Assembly (NCBI GenBank): GCA_002687495.1
Contig: NZAJ01000093.1
Location: forward strand, 238 to 64,237
Direction: 5' to 3'
Length of the DNA stretch: 64,000 bases
Source of the DNA: Micavibrio sp.
GTDB taxonomy: Bacteria; Pseudomonadota; Alphaproteobacteria; Micavibrionales; Micavibrionaceae
Shown: piece after piece, positions 11,644 to 20,821 of the stretch
How positions within the stretch are numbered: position 1 is the first letter of the stretch
Layout: every line of letters begins with the position of its first letter
Program-made: the position numbers and the translations under genes
Notes under the pieces: model-generated
What the model saw: the letters and a program-made list of their open reading frames with translations, nothing else
Database searches by the model: none
What the model was told of the DNA's origin: nothing

Positions 11644-12507
11644 TTAAGCATCCACGATTTCATAAGCGTCTTTATCAGCGAAGAGCGCATGAAGAATTTC
11701 ATTATTCATTTCATGGCCTGCTTTGAAACCATCGTAACGGCCTTGGATTGGTGCACCAGCAAGATATAGATCGCCGATAGCGTCTAAAAGCTTGTGGCGG
11801 ATAAATTCGCGCTCGCAGCGCAGGCCTTCCGGGTTCATGATTTTTTCGCGATCTAGGACAATGGCGTTGTCTAAAGAAGCGCCCTGCGCCAAGCCAATGG
11901 AGCGCAAATACTCACCTTCGTGATAGAAACCAAAAGTACGGCACTCTGCGATGTCATGCATAAAGTTACCATTAAGTAGTGTTGTTTCGAATGCTTGCTT
12001 GCCGATCTGTGGATGATCAAATTCGATCTCGCCACAGAAAGAAGCTGTGTCAGCGGGGCTAAGTTTTACGCGCTTACCGTCTTTTTCTACGCTTACATCT
12101 TTTAAGATACGGATAACTTTACGAGATTGTTCTTGCTGCTCGATACCGGCATTTTTGATCATCTCTACGAATGGTAAAGCAGAGCCATCCATGATTGGCA
12201 CTTCCGCACCATCAAGCTCTAGAATTGCGTTATCAATGTTACAGCCGCGTAGTGCTGACATCAGGTGCTCGATCGTTCCTACGCCAACACCGTCTGCGTT
12301 TGAAACATAAGTGCACATGCGTGTATCACTCACTAAATCCCAACGTGCTGGAATTAGATTGTCAGTTTTTAAATCATCGATATCAGTCCGCACGAACGCG
12401 ATCCCGCAATTTTCAGGAGCAGGTTTAATTGTCAGTGTAATTTGTTTACCTGAATGCAGGCCAACGCCTTGAATAGATGCCTGCTGTTTTACGGTATTTT
12501 GTGTCAT
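11644..12507 (-). CDS. lpxC: UDP-3-O-acyl-N-acetylglucosamine deacetylase
   Basis: 287 aa. The N-terminus TVKQQASIQGVGLHSGK and the TIEHLMSAL motif are typical of LpxC. Confidence 0.95.
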   Translation of the reverse strand: MTQNTVKQQASIQGVGLHSGKQITLTIKPAPENCGIAFVRTDIDDLKTDNLIPARWDLVSDTRMCTYVSNADGVGVGTIEHLMSALRGCNIDNAILELDGAEVPIMDGSALPFVEMIKNAGIEQQEQSRKVIRILKDVSVEKDGKRVKLSPADTASFCGEIEFDHPQIGKQAFETTLLNGNFMHDIAECRTFGFYHEGEYLRSIGLAQGASLDNAIVLDREKIMNPEGLRCEREFIRHKLLDAIGDLYLAGAPIQGRYDGFKAGHEMNNEILHALFADKDAYEIVDA

Positions 12508-12716
12508 TCTTCGTGCCTAGCTACTTCTTAGTCTTATTCGTTTTATAAGTTTTAATGATCCGCTTTAGGTTATTGCTTCTTCTTATATAGATCTTAAGGC
12601 GGATTTATTACATTAAAATATGCTTATAATATAGGCGCAGCCTCGCTCAATAGCTAATCACAGTTTATTTCTTTTTGTTACATTGCAACATAAGAAGCGC
12701 TAGGAAGCGCTAGTAA

Positions 12717-12743
12717 GAAAAAAAGCCCCTTTAATAAGGGGCT
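12717..12743 (-). terminator. rho-independent terminator downstream of ftsZ
   Basis: The minus strand reads AGCCCCTT-ATTA-AAGGGGCT followed by TTTTTTT, about 32 nt after the ftsZ stop (12776-12778). Confidence 0.8.
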
Positions 12744-12775
12744 ATAGTTTCGTGTAAAATTCTTCAAATGCGGCT

Positions 12776-14515
12776 TTAGTTTGCCTGTCTGCGCAGGAAC
12801 GCTGGAATATCTAGCTGATCATCCACGTTTTCGGCAGGCTTTGCCGGCGAATCAATGGCTAAAGAGCCTTGAGACGGCGCGATTGGCGCAGAGGTTTGCA
12901 TAGCTGGCGTTGATGGCGTTGGCTTTTGTCTTGGTGGCTGCGCAATTGCAGGACGCGCACCTAATGTATCGCCAAGTCCTTCGATATGCTCTTGTACGCT
13001 CCCTGTAATTCTTTCGAAGAGTGAAGGTGTGCGTTTACGCTGCTGCTTTTGCTGCGCATTTGATTTTGGCGGATTAAGCGACATTGAAGGCGCAGACATT
13101 GCTGTTTGCTCAGGCTGCTTTTCCTCAGCCGCTTTTTCGGGCACATGTGCGCCGTGGAAACTGCTGATATAAGATGCTGCACCTGATGGCGCTTCTACCG
13201 GCTTAGGCGGAATGAACGCATCATTAAAACGTGTGCCTCTTAAGGCTGTGTTGCGTGCAACTCCAGCATTTTCTTCACCTTTACTTGTATCGGCAAATTC
13301 ACCCTGATCAAACATATCAACACCACTTTCAGAGCGAGCCGCTTTTTGCTTTTCTACAATTTGCTGCGCTGGTGTTTGCGTCGGTGATGGCGCTTTTATA
13401 CCTTGTATTGTCTTTGCTGAAACAAAAACAGGCGGTTGAGATGTAATCGAAGTACCACCGTCAGTCGGACCACCAGTAGGCTGCACCGCATCCGTGTTTG
13501 GTGTTGCGCGCTCAAGGCCATTACCACCTGAAAGTGATGCTGCACCTTCTTTTTCAATACCTGTAGCAACGATAGATACGCGCATACGGCCTTCAAGATT
13601 TTCATCAAATGTTGCACCAAAAATGATATTCGCTTCTGGATCAACTTCATCACGAATACGGTTACATGCTTCATCCGCTTCGAAGAGTGTCATGTCATAA
13701 CCACCAGTTACATTGATGATTACACCATGCGCGCCTTTCATTGATACATCATCAAGAAGCGGGTTATTAATCGCAGCTTCTGCAGCTTCAATAGCGCGTT
13801 TTTCGCCCTCAGCTTCGCCAGTTCCCATCATCGCCTTACCCTGCTCAAGCATCGCTGTGCGGATATCTGCGAAGTCCAAGTTCACAAGACCTGGGCGCAC
13901 CATAAGATCTGTTACGCCGCGCACACCCGCTTGAAGAACCGAATCAGCCATTTCAAAAGCTTGTGCAAATGTTGTTTTCTCATTGGCAATGCGGAAGAGA
14001 TTTTGATTCGGAATAACGAGCAAAGTATCAACATAATCTTGTAGCTCTTTAATACCATTTTCAGCAGACTTCATGCGGTGTGAGCCTTCAAAATGGAAAG
14101 GCTTTGTGACCACACCTACTGTCAAAATACCGCGCTCGCGACATGCTTTAGCAATTACCGGCGCAGCACCTGTACCAGTACCGCCGCCCATACCACATGT
14201 GATAAAGGCCATATTCGCACCTTCAAGGTGACGTAAAACTTCTTCCAATGATTCTTCAGCCGCCGCTTTACCAACTTCCGGCTTAGAGCCTGCACCCAGA
14301 CCACCCGTTACATGCTCACCGAGCTGCACTTTTGTCATGGATAGCGATTTATTCAATGCTTGGGAGTCCGTATTGCATACAACGAACTCGCACCCTTCAA
14401 GATTTGAAGAGATCATATTATTTACGGCATTTCCACCTGCCCCACCGACACCGACTACGGCAATACGTGGCGACAAGCTTGGTGTATCAGAAGGCTGCAT
14501 AGTAATATTGATCAT
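12776..14515 (-). CDS. ftsZ: cell division protein FtsZ (long C-terminal linker)
   Basis: 579 aa. [10 protein letters not shown] and [10 protein letters not shown] tubulin motifs, a P/Q/S/A-rich linker and a conserved C-terminal peptide DIPAFLRRQ. Confidence 0.97.
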   Translation of the reverse strand: MINITMQPSDTPSLSPRIAVVGVGGAGGNAVNNMISSNLEGCEFVVCNTDSQALNKSLSMTKVQLGEHVTGGLGAGSKPEVGKAAAEESLEEVLRHLEGANMAFITCGMGGGTGTGAAPVIAKACRERGILTVGVVTKPFHFEGSHRMKSAENGIKELQDYVDTLLVIPNQNLFRIANEKTTFAQAFEMADSVLQAGVRGVTDLMVRPGLVNLDFADIRTAMLEQGKAMMGTGEAEGEKRAIEAAEAAINNPLLDDVSMKGAHGVIINVTGGYDMTLFEADEACNRIRDEVDPEANIIFGATFDENLEGRMRVSIVATGIEKEGAASLSGGNGLERATPNTDAVQPTGGPTDGGTSITSQPPVFVSAKTIQGIKAPSPTQTPAQQIVEKQKAARSESGVDMFDQGEFADTSKGEENAGVARNTALRGTRFNDAFIPPKPVEAPSGAASYISSFHGAHVPEKAAEEKQPEQTAMSAPSMSLNPPKSNAQQKQQRKRTPSLFERITGSVQEHIEGLGDTLGARPAIAQPPRQKPTPSTPAMQTSAPIAPSQGSLAIDSPAKPAENVDDQLDIPAFLRRQAN

Positions 14516-14635
14516 GGTGTCTTAGTCCCCATAGATTTGGTTTTGAGCTTAATGCTGACTGACGAGCATTTCGCGGCAGGTTATAAAAGTCAGATTAGGT
14601 GATTTGCGCTACGCAGAAAAGTAAAAAATGATATG

Positions 14636-14729
14636 GATTCACAGTGTTTAACAGCTTTTTCACTTCTTAGAGTCTAGCACTGCTTAAGCTCAAAACGCAA
14701 CGAATCACGCTAAGTGACTCAACTGATTC
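14636..14729. promoter_or_regulatory. cluster of five GANTC (CcrM-type methylation) sites upstream of ftsZ
   Basis: GATTC 14636-14640, GAGTC 14670-14674, GAATC 14702-14706, GACTC 14716-14720, GATTC 14725-14729. These lie 120-215 bp upstream of the ftsZ start. Confidence 0.5.
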
Positions 14730-14796
14730 AATTTTTACCACCCACACCCCTTCCACATGATGCGCACAGACTATACAAAGCTTACGCACAAAGGCC

Positions 14797-14805
14797 TGTG
14801 GATAA
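14797..14805 (-). promoter_or_regulatory. perfect consensus DnaA box (TTATCCACA on the minus strand)
   Basis: The plus strand reads TGTGGATAA at 14797-14805, 5 bp downstream of the ftsA stop in the ftsA-ftsZ spacer. Confidence 0.4.
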
Positions 14806-14809
14806 GTTT

Positions 14810-16081
14810 TTACCAATTTTCATGAAGCCAGTGTTTAATGCGTCCCCAAATTGATCCTGCTTCGAGGTGACTCATAATTTCTGCAGGCATTTCATCACCG
14901 TGCTCACTGATATAGGTGAGCAAGCCAGCCGTCGTAGCAAAAGCCGGACCGCTGACCGCATCCGGAAGGCCAGACAAACGGATCGGGCGACCAAGGCGCA
15001 CTTGCTTATCAAGCACATGTGCCGCTAGCTCTTTAACGCCAGCAAGCTGGCTCGCGCCACCTGTAAGCACAACGCGGCGCCCTATCACACCTGATAAACC
15101 ACTATCATTAAGCTTAGCGCGCACCATTTCGAAAATCTCTTCAACGCGCGGCTGAATGATACCGACAAGCAAAGAGCGCGGCACATGATTAGGCCCCGCA
15201 TGCTCATCCTCACCTAATCTCGGCACATCGATCAGCTCGCTTTCATCCATATGAGACGCCATTGCATGCCCATAAAGTGCTTTTAAGCGCTCAGCATCTT
15301 GCAGGGATGTTGTCAGGCCGCGTGCGATATCGCTTGTAACGTGCTGACCACCCACTGGAAGCGCGTCACCATAAATCATACGCCCGCCTTGAAAGACTGC
15401 GAATGAAGTCACGCCTGCGCCCATATCTATGACTGTGCAGCCTAAATCCATTTCATCCTCGACCAGGCAAGCAAGCCCTGCAGCATAAGCAGACGAGCAA
15501 AGCGCCGTAATATCGAGGTGAGAGCGCTCGATTGCGCCCGCCATATTTCTAAGAGCGCTCATATCGCCGGTTACCATATGAATATCTACGCTCATATCTT
15601 GGCCAAACATGCCGCGCGGCTCCACAATTCCTTCGGCACCATCAATACGGTAGCCAATTGGAATGGTATGGATGAGCTCATATTCATCACTTAAGACTTG
15701 CTCTTGCGCTTTAGCCATTGCATGGCGAATGTCGTTATCTGTGATTTCATGACCATCGATTTGTAAGTCTGCAGTGTTTGCATGGCTTACTGCATGAATA
15801 CCCGGCAGATTGACAATCACCTCTCTAAGTGGATAGCCCTTCATCACATCAGCGGCCATATTTTCTGCAGCATGCACTGTTTGGCGGATCACGCTTTCCG
15901 CTGCATCAAGATCACTAATTGTGCCGCTTTTAATGCCTTTAGAGGCATGATGCCCTACGCCTAAAATCTCAAAACCGCCTTGATCATCAACCACACGCCC
16001 TATGAAACAGGCAATCTTTGCAGAGCCTATATCCAATGCCGCGAGAAGTGAGCCTTTAGGTTTATGTTTTGATTTCACCAT
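14810..16081 (-). CDS. ftsA: cell division protein FtsA
   Basis: 423 aa. Actin-like ATPase motifs (LDIGSAKI, DMGAGVTS, LTGGASQL) in the canonical ftsQ-ftsA-ftsZ order. Confidence 0.95.
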   Translation of the reverse strand: MVKSKHKPKGSLLAALDIGSAKIACFIGRVVDDQGGFEILGVGHHASKGIKSGTISDLDAAESVIRQTVHAAENMAADVMKGYPLREVIVNLPGIHAVSHANTADLQIDGHEITDNDIRHAMAKAQEQVLSDEYELIHTIPIGYRIDGAEGIVEPRGMFGQDMSVDIHMVTGDMSALRNMAGAIERSHLDITALCSSAYAAGLACLVEDEMDLGCTVIDMGAGVTSFAVFQGGRMIYGDALPVGGQHVTSDIARGLTTSLQDAERLKALYGHAMASHMDESELIDVPRLGEDEHAGPNHVPRSLLVGIIQPRVEEIFEMVRAKLNDSGLSGVIGRRVVLTGGASQLAGVKELAAHVLDKQVRLGRPIRLSGLPDAVSGPAFATTAGLLTYISEHGDEMPAEIMSHLEAGSIWGRIKHWLHENW

Positions 16082-16124
16082 GATGCTTTCTTATCAAATT
16101 CTTTAATTGATACTCAAAAGTTTT

Positions 16125-17012
16125 TTATATATTGTCACCAGCGCGTTGCATGGTTTGGTAATCTTGAACAGCTCCCGGGCGTGTGCGCACCGCAATTCTA
16201 TCGTCTTCACGTAAATCAATCGCGATAATGTCTTTATCTAGAATCGCGCTATCATTATGCGCTTTGACTAAGCGCTGCAAGCCCTCAAGTACGCCATGCT
16301 CTGGAAGCTTAATTTCTTTACCATCTTTTAAAAGCAAATCCCAGCGGCGATTGCCTATTCTTTGCGCGCCGCTCACACGCGCCTTTATTTCGGGCTGTGT
16401 TTCAAGATCCTTTAAAAGCGTGCTTAAATTTTGCGCTGCGCCTTCACCACTTAGCCTTAGCAAGTGCTTAAATGGTTCGATTTGATCTGTTGCAATATTT
16501 TCGCCCTTTTCATCCAGCAGCTTTATACCCGCCTCGCTTTTATACAAGGCTGTTGGCTGGCGCTCTTCTAGACGTATATATAAAGTGTCAGGCCAACGTC
16601 TTTGCACATAAGCCTTTTCAACCCAGCTAATTTTTTCCAATTGTGCACGTACTTCTTGGGGGTTAAAGGCTAGCAGCGGGTCATCTTCTTGCATGTTAAT
16701 AATAGCGAGAATAATTTCAGCGCTGGCATTTTCTCGCCCTTCAACAAGGATATCTTTGACGCGAAAACCTAAATCAGCACTCATTTCTACGAAACGATCA
16801 CGCGCCCACTCCCCACCGCGCGCCATCGAGCCGCTTAAGTAAAGCCAAGAGCTTAGCCAAATAACGATAACGACAACGGCCAAGGCGATACCAAAGCGGC
16901 GCATCCATGGCAGCATCACCGCCAAAAAACCTTTACGGCGTTTATTCACATCAGCGCGGCGCGTCCCAGCGCTACGAGATTTTTTGCGAGTATATTTTCT
17001 TTTTCGAGCCAT
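16125..17012 (-). CDS. ftsQ: cell division protein FtsQ
   Basis: 295 aa. Basic N-tail, a single TM segment and a POTRA-like region (VKDILVEG...). Positioned between ddl and ftsA. Confidence 0.85.
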   Translation of the reverse strand: MARKRKYTRKKSRSAGTRRADVNKRRKGFLAVMLPWMRRFGIALAVVVIVIWLSSWLYLSGSMARGGEWARDRFVEMSADLGFRVKDILVEGRENASAEIILAIINMQEDDPLLAFNPQEVRAQLEKISWVEKAYVQRRWPDTLYIRLEERQPTALYKSEAGIKLLDEKGENIATDQIEPFKHLLRLSGEGAAQNLSTLLKDLETQPEIKARVSGAQRIGNRRWDLLLKDGKEIKLPEHGVLEGLQRLVKAHNDSAILDKDIIAIDLREDDRIAVRTRPGAVQDYQTMQRAGDNI

Positions 17013-17039
17013 GACGTTTAGCCTTATATCAGATATAAA

Positions 17040-18281
17040 TTAGCTCTTACGCTTTAAGAGGCGCGCATCTTTTGGCACTGGGTCTTTAGGCAAGCGATGC
17101 GCCCGATGCAAGCTAAATGCTTCTTTGATTAAAGAGGATAAAAAGCTTGTAAAAAAGACTGGTTCTTGCGCGGCCTCCCACAGGAAATAGCCAAATGAGC
17201 CCGGCAAAGGGTTCACTTCATTGAGCCAAATCTCATTTGTTTTTGCATTGCTGATAAAGTCGATACGCGGCGCGCCTGAGCCATCCATTAACTCAAACAT
17301 CTCGCACGCCCAGTTTTTAATCTGCTCGCTCATTTCTTTTGGCAGATCAGGATTAATATCACGGGTGAGTGAGAGCATCCCTTCACTAACAGCGCCGCCG
17401 CCTGTTTTCGTGCCTAGCTTATTGCCGGTCTTATCATCACCGCCACTTAAGTATTTTGTTTTAAAATCAAGCAGCTCTTCCGAGGTTTTAGGGCGCTCAA
17501 TTGCTGAGCATTTCAACCCGCCAAAAGCCTTGCTGACGGACACGTTATATTCAACTAAATTATCAACGAATGGCTCTAGGATAGCTGTATCATCATATTC
17601 AAAGATCGCCGGTAAGCATGTACGAAGCTGCTCTATGTCATTCACTTTGGCAATGCCGATAGAGCTCCCTAAGTGGGCAGGCTTCACAATGCAGGGGAAT
17701 TTCATATCGCCCATAAGCATTTTTATCTGCTCTTCAGGCACCATATAACCTTGATCAGGGCGCTTAATCACGGCATAGGGCAGCATTGCAATTGAGCTAC
17801 CATGCAACATGCGCTTGGTCGCCACCTTATCCATGAGCACTGCCGAAGCCATCGTGCGCATTCCGACATAAGGGATATTTGCACTCTCCAGCAAGCCTTG
17901 CATATTACCATCCTCACCATTGAGCCCGTGAAATACAGGGATGAGCGCATCAAACTCAATACGCTCAAGCGAAGAGGCAAAAAGCTTTGTTCTTGTTCTG
18001 ATAATCGCGGGACGCTGCGTGGCGCTTAAATCAATTGTCCAGCCACCAAGCGTTTCAAGCTGCTCGCTGCTGAGCATGTAATTAGAGCGCTCTTTCAAAG
18101 ATTCATCCCCAGCAATCCAGCGCCCATCAGTGGTGATATAGATTGGGAAAGCTTCATATTCGCTTTGATCAATGGCGTGTAGAACCTGAAGGCCAGAAAC
18201 CACACTCACATCATGTTCCGGGCTACGTCCGCCAAATAAAACTGCGATTTTTTTCTTTTTATCCGAATGTTTCATGCTCAT
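17040..18281 (-). CDS. ddl: D-alanine--D-alanine ligase, atypically long form
   Basis: 413 aa. N-terminus KIAVLFGGRSPEHDVSVVSG, ATP-grasp core and NEVNPLPG. An insertion of about 23 aa follows the omega-loop KY (KYLSGGDDKTGNKLGTKTGGGAVSEGML). Confidence 0.9.
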   Translation of the reverse strand: MSMKHSDKKKKIAVLFGGRSPEHDVSVVSGLQVLHAIDQSEYEAFPIYITTDGRWIAGDESLKERSNYMLSSEQLETLGGWTIDLSATQRPAIIRTRTKLFASSLERIEFDALIPVFHGLNGEDGNMQGLLESANIPYVGMRTMASAVLMDKVATKRMLHGSSIAMLPYAVIKRPDQGYMVPEEQIKMLMGDMKFPCIVKPAHLGSSIGIAKVNDIEQLRTCLPAIFEYDDTAILEPFVDNLVEYNVSVSKAFGGLKCSAIERPKTSEELLDFKTKYLSGGDDKTGNKLGTKTGGGAVSEGMLSLTRDINPDLPKEMSEQIKNWACEMFELMDGSGAPRIDFISNAKTNEIWLNEVNPLPGSFGYFLWEAAQEPVFFTSFLSSLIKEAFSLHRAHRLPKDPVPKDARLLKRKS

Positions 18282-18378
18282 AAGATGCTAAGCGCCTTTA
18301 CCCGTAATATGTGAGTCTTTATAAGAATTATGAATCATATTTAATCATGAATGCCCCAAGCATTAAAGAGGCCGTACG

Positions 18379-19137
18379 TTGGAAAGTTTTGATAACACCC
18401 ATTTTTTAGCATTTGGCGATGGTGAGCAACCTATCTATTGGGCGCATGGCTGGGGACAATCACATAAAGCCTTCCTGCCATGGGCAGAGCGTTTCAAAGC
18501 TTTTGGGAAGCATATCCTGCTAGATTTTGCAGGGCACGGCGCCTCCCCTATCCCGCCTACAGCTTGGGGAACTGAGGATTATGCCGATGAAGCGGCTAAA
18601 CTTATTAAAGCACGCGAAGATGGCAAGCCGGTCATTTGGGTTGGACATAGCTTTGGCTGCCGCGTCGGGCTTCAGCTCGCTGCGCGTCACCCTGAGCTCA
18701 TCGCTGGCTTATGCCTGATCGCTGGTGCAGGACTAAAACGCAAAAGATCCCTATGGCAGAGGCTTTATTTCGGCGGGCGTATAAAACTGTTTAAGCTTTT
18801 GAAAAAGCTCATTCCTTTAGGCTTATCGCAGGATTGGCTCTATACAAAATTCGGCAGCCCCGATTATAAGAGCGCAGGCGAAATGCGCAAAATTTTCGTC
18901 AAAGTGGTCAATGAAGATCTTTCAGAGGTTGCTCAGCAAATCCAATGTCCTGTCACGCTTATTTACGGTAGCGACGATCAAGAAACGCCGCCAGAGATAG
19001 GCGAGCGCCTACATAAACTTATAAAAAACTCTAAGCTTATTGTTTTAGACGGGTTTGACCATTACACTCTTCTTTCTAGTGGACAACATCAAGCTGCTGG
19101 GCATTTAGACAACTTAATTAAGAGCGTAAAATCTTAG
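18379..19137 (+). CDS. alpha/beta hydrolase
   Basis: 252 aa. TTG start with AGAGG 7 nt upstream. GHSFG nucleophile elbow, and candidate GSDD and FDHY acid/His positions. Its stop codon TAG (19135-19137) directly abuts the ATG of the next gene. Confidence 0.8.
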   Translation: MESFDNTHFLAFGDGEQPIYWAHGWGQSHKAFLPWAERFKAFGKHILLDFAGHGASPIPPTAWGTEDYADEAAKLIKAREDGKPVIWVGHSFGCRVGLQLAARHPELIAGLCLIAGAGLKRKRSLWQRLYFGGRIKLFKLLKKLIPLGLSQDWLYTKFGSPDYKSAGEMRKIFVKVVNEDLSEVAQQIQCPVTLIYGSDDQETPPEIGERLHKLIKNSKLIVLDGFDHYTLLSSGQHQAAGHLDNLIKSVKS

Positions 19138-20775
19138 ATGACGGACTTTGCTGTAACCTTACTTCTTTTCATTGCTTTCATCGGCTTTTCAGCCAAGCGC
19201 ACGATGAGCTATATGCATATTTACCAGCAAGAAGAATATGATAGCCCTCGTTTTAAACGCTGGATGTTTAAAAACAAAGTTTTCGATAAGCGTTTAAGTT
19301 CGATCCTATTTATCTTATCGCTTGCTTTACTACCTGCGACATTACTTTTTGATGTGATTCCTGTTTTTGCAGCGAATTTCATTTTGTTTTTTATCTTCGC
19401 TTTAGTTGCGTATTTTGAAAAAGATCCACGCAAGAAATCCAAGAAAAAACTTGTTATGACTGAGCGCGTGAAGCGCATTTATGCACCAGCGGTTTTAGTC
19501 AGTGCGCTTAGCGGGTTATGGTGCTTTTTATTGCCGCAAGCTTATCCGTTATGGATTATTAATATCCAGCTCATTCCTTTTTGGATTATGGCTGTGAATG
19601 GTGCGCTAGCTCCACATGAGGCGCGCGTTCAGCAGAAATTCTGGCAGGAGGCGCATGACAAGCTTGTTGATTATCGTCCTTATGTGATCGGTATTACAGG
19701 CTCTTTCGGTAAGACATCCGTAAAGCATATTTTAGGGCATATCCTTAAAATGCATGGCTCTACCTTAATTACACCAGGTAGCGTTAATACACCGATGGGC
19801 ATTACACGTATTATTCGTGAGCAATTAGAGCCCGAGCATAAATATTTCATCTGTGAGATGGGTGCTTACGGGCCAGGTTCAATTAATCGTTTATGCCAGC
19901 TTGCCCCACCAGATATGGGGCTGATCACGTCTATCGGTCATGCGCATTATGAGCGTTTCAAATCACTCGAGACAGTGGCTGAGGCGAAATATGAGCTCGC
20001 GGAATCTGTATTGCGTAAAGATGATGGCGTTGTCATTGTGAATGAGCAGACATTGCGCTTTGCTCATACGCGTCAAATTCGCGATCAATATAGACATCAA
20101 TTCATAGTGTGTAGTGATGCACATGCGCCAACAGCGGATGGAAAAGCACCTGAGCCTAGTGATGCGATGATCCATAGCATTGAGCAAGATGCATCAGGTT
20201 TGAAGATTAACTTCAAATGGAAAAATATCACTTATGCAATTACGGCGCCGATCTATGGCTTGCATCATGGGCATAATATTGTTTTGGCCTTTATTGCTGC
20301 GCTTGAGCTTAGAGTGGATGAAAAAGACATCCAAGCTGCGCTGAACAGCTTGCCGCAGATTGATCACCGCCTACAGGTAAAGCCACAAAGTAACGGTACA
20401 ATTGTTATTGATGATGCTTACAACTCCAACCCTGTCGGGTTTGCGAGCGCGCTTGATTTGCTCAACACCTTGGCGCGAAAGGGTCGTAAAATCCTTATCA
20501 CGCCAGGCATGGTCGAGCTTGGCGCCGCGCATAAAGACGCGCATGAGAAAATCGGCATTCATGCTGGTAAGGTTTGCGATGTTGTGATCGTCATTAAATC
20601 TGAGCGCATCCCGAGCTTTGTTGAAGGGTTTAAGTCTAGCGGTGGCAAGCATATCTTGGAAGTTGAGAGCTTTGGCGAAGCGCAGCGTTGGGTCAATGAT
20701 AACGCGCAACGCGGCGATGTCGTTTTAATAGAGAATGACCTTCCTGATCTCTATGAACGCGTGCCGAAATTTTAA
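19138..20775 (+). CDS. murF: MurF-family Mur ligase with an N-terminal polytopic membrane region
   Basis: 545 aa. Residues 1-157 contain about five hydrophobic segments. After those come P-loop GITGSFGKTS, TPGSVNTPMGI, EMGAYGPG, GHAHYERF and IDDAYNSNP, which together resemble UDP-MurNAc-tripeptide--D-Ala-D-Ala ligase. Confidence 0.8.
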   Translation: MTDFAVTLLLFIAFIGFSAKRTMSYMHIYQQEEYDSPRFKRWMFKNKVFDKRLSSILFILSLALLPATLLFDVIPVFAANFILFFIFALVAYFEKDPRKKSKKKLVMTERVKRIYAPAVLVSALSGLWCFLLPQAYPLWIINIQLIPFWIMAVNGALAPHEARVQQKFWQEAHDKLVDYRPYVIGITGSFGKTSVKHILGHILKMHGSTLITPGSVNTPMGITRIIREQLEPEHKYFICEMGAYGPGSINRLCQLAPPDMGLITSIGHAHYERFKSLETVAEAKYELAESVLRKDDGVVIVNEQTLRFAHTRQIRDQYRHQFIVCSDAHAPTADGKAPEPSDAMIHSIEQDASGLKINFKWKNITYAITAPIYGLHHGHNIVLAFIAALELRVDEKDIQAALNSLPQIDHRLQVKPQSNGTIVIDDAYNSNPVGFASALDLLNTLARKGRKILITPGMVELGAAHKDAHEKIGIHAGKVCDVVIVIKSERIPSFVEGFKSSGGKHILEVESFGEAQRWVNDNAQRGDVVLIENDLPDLYERVPKF

Positions 20776-20821
20776 TTTTACTCTTCGGCTTTTGGGCTAC
20801 AAAGACTTCTTTTTAAAGCGC

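Noticed and set aside
17221-17748. 175-aa plus-strand ORF antisense to ddl. Similar long shadow ORFs occur at 38230-38685, 39509-39961, 31470-31862, 36985-37425 and 51794-52195.
   Set aside because: Each lies entirely within a strongly supported gene (ddl, ileS, ftsI, the amidase, mutL), on the opposite strand or in another frame. Their composition is low-complexity and Ser/Arg/Pro/Cys-rich, which is typical of non-coding shadow frames. None has a convincing RBS.
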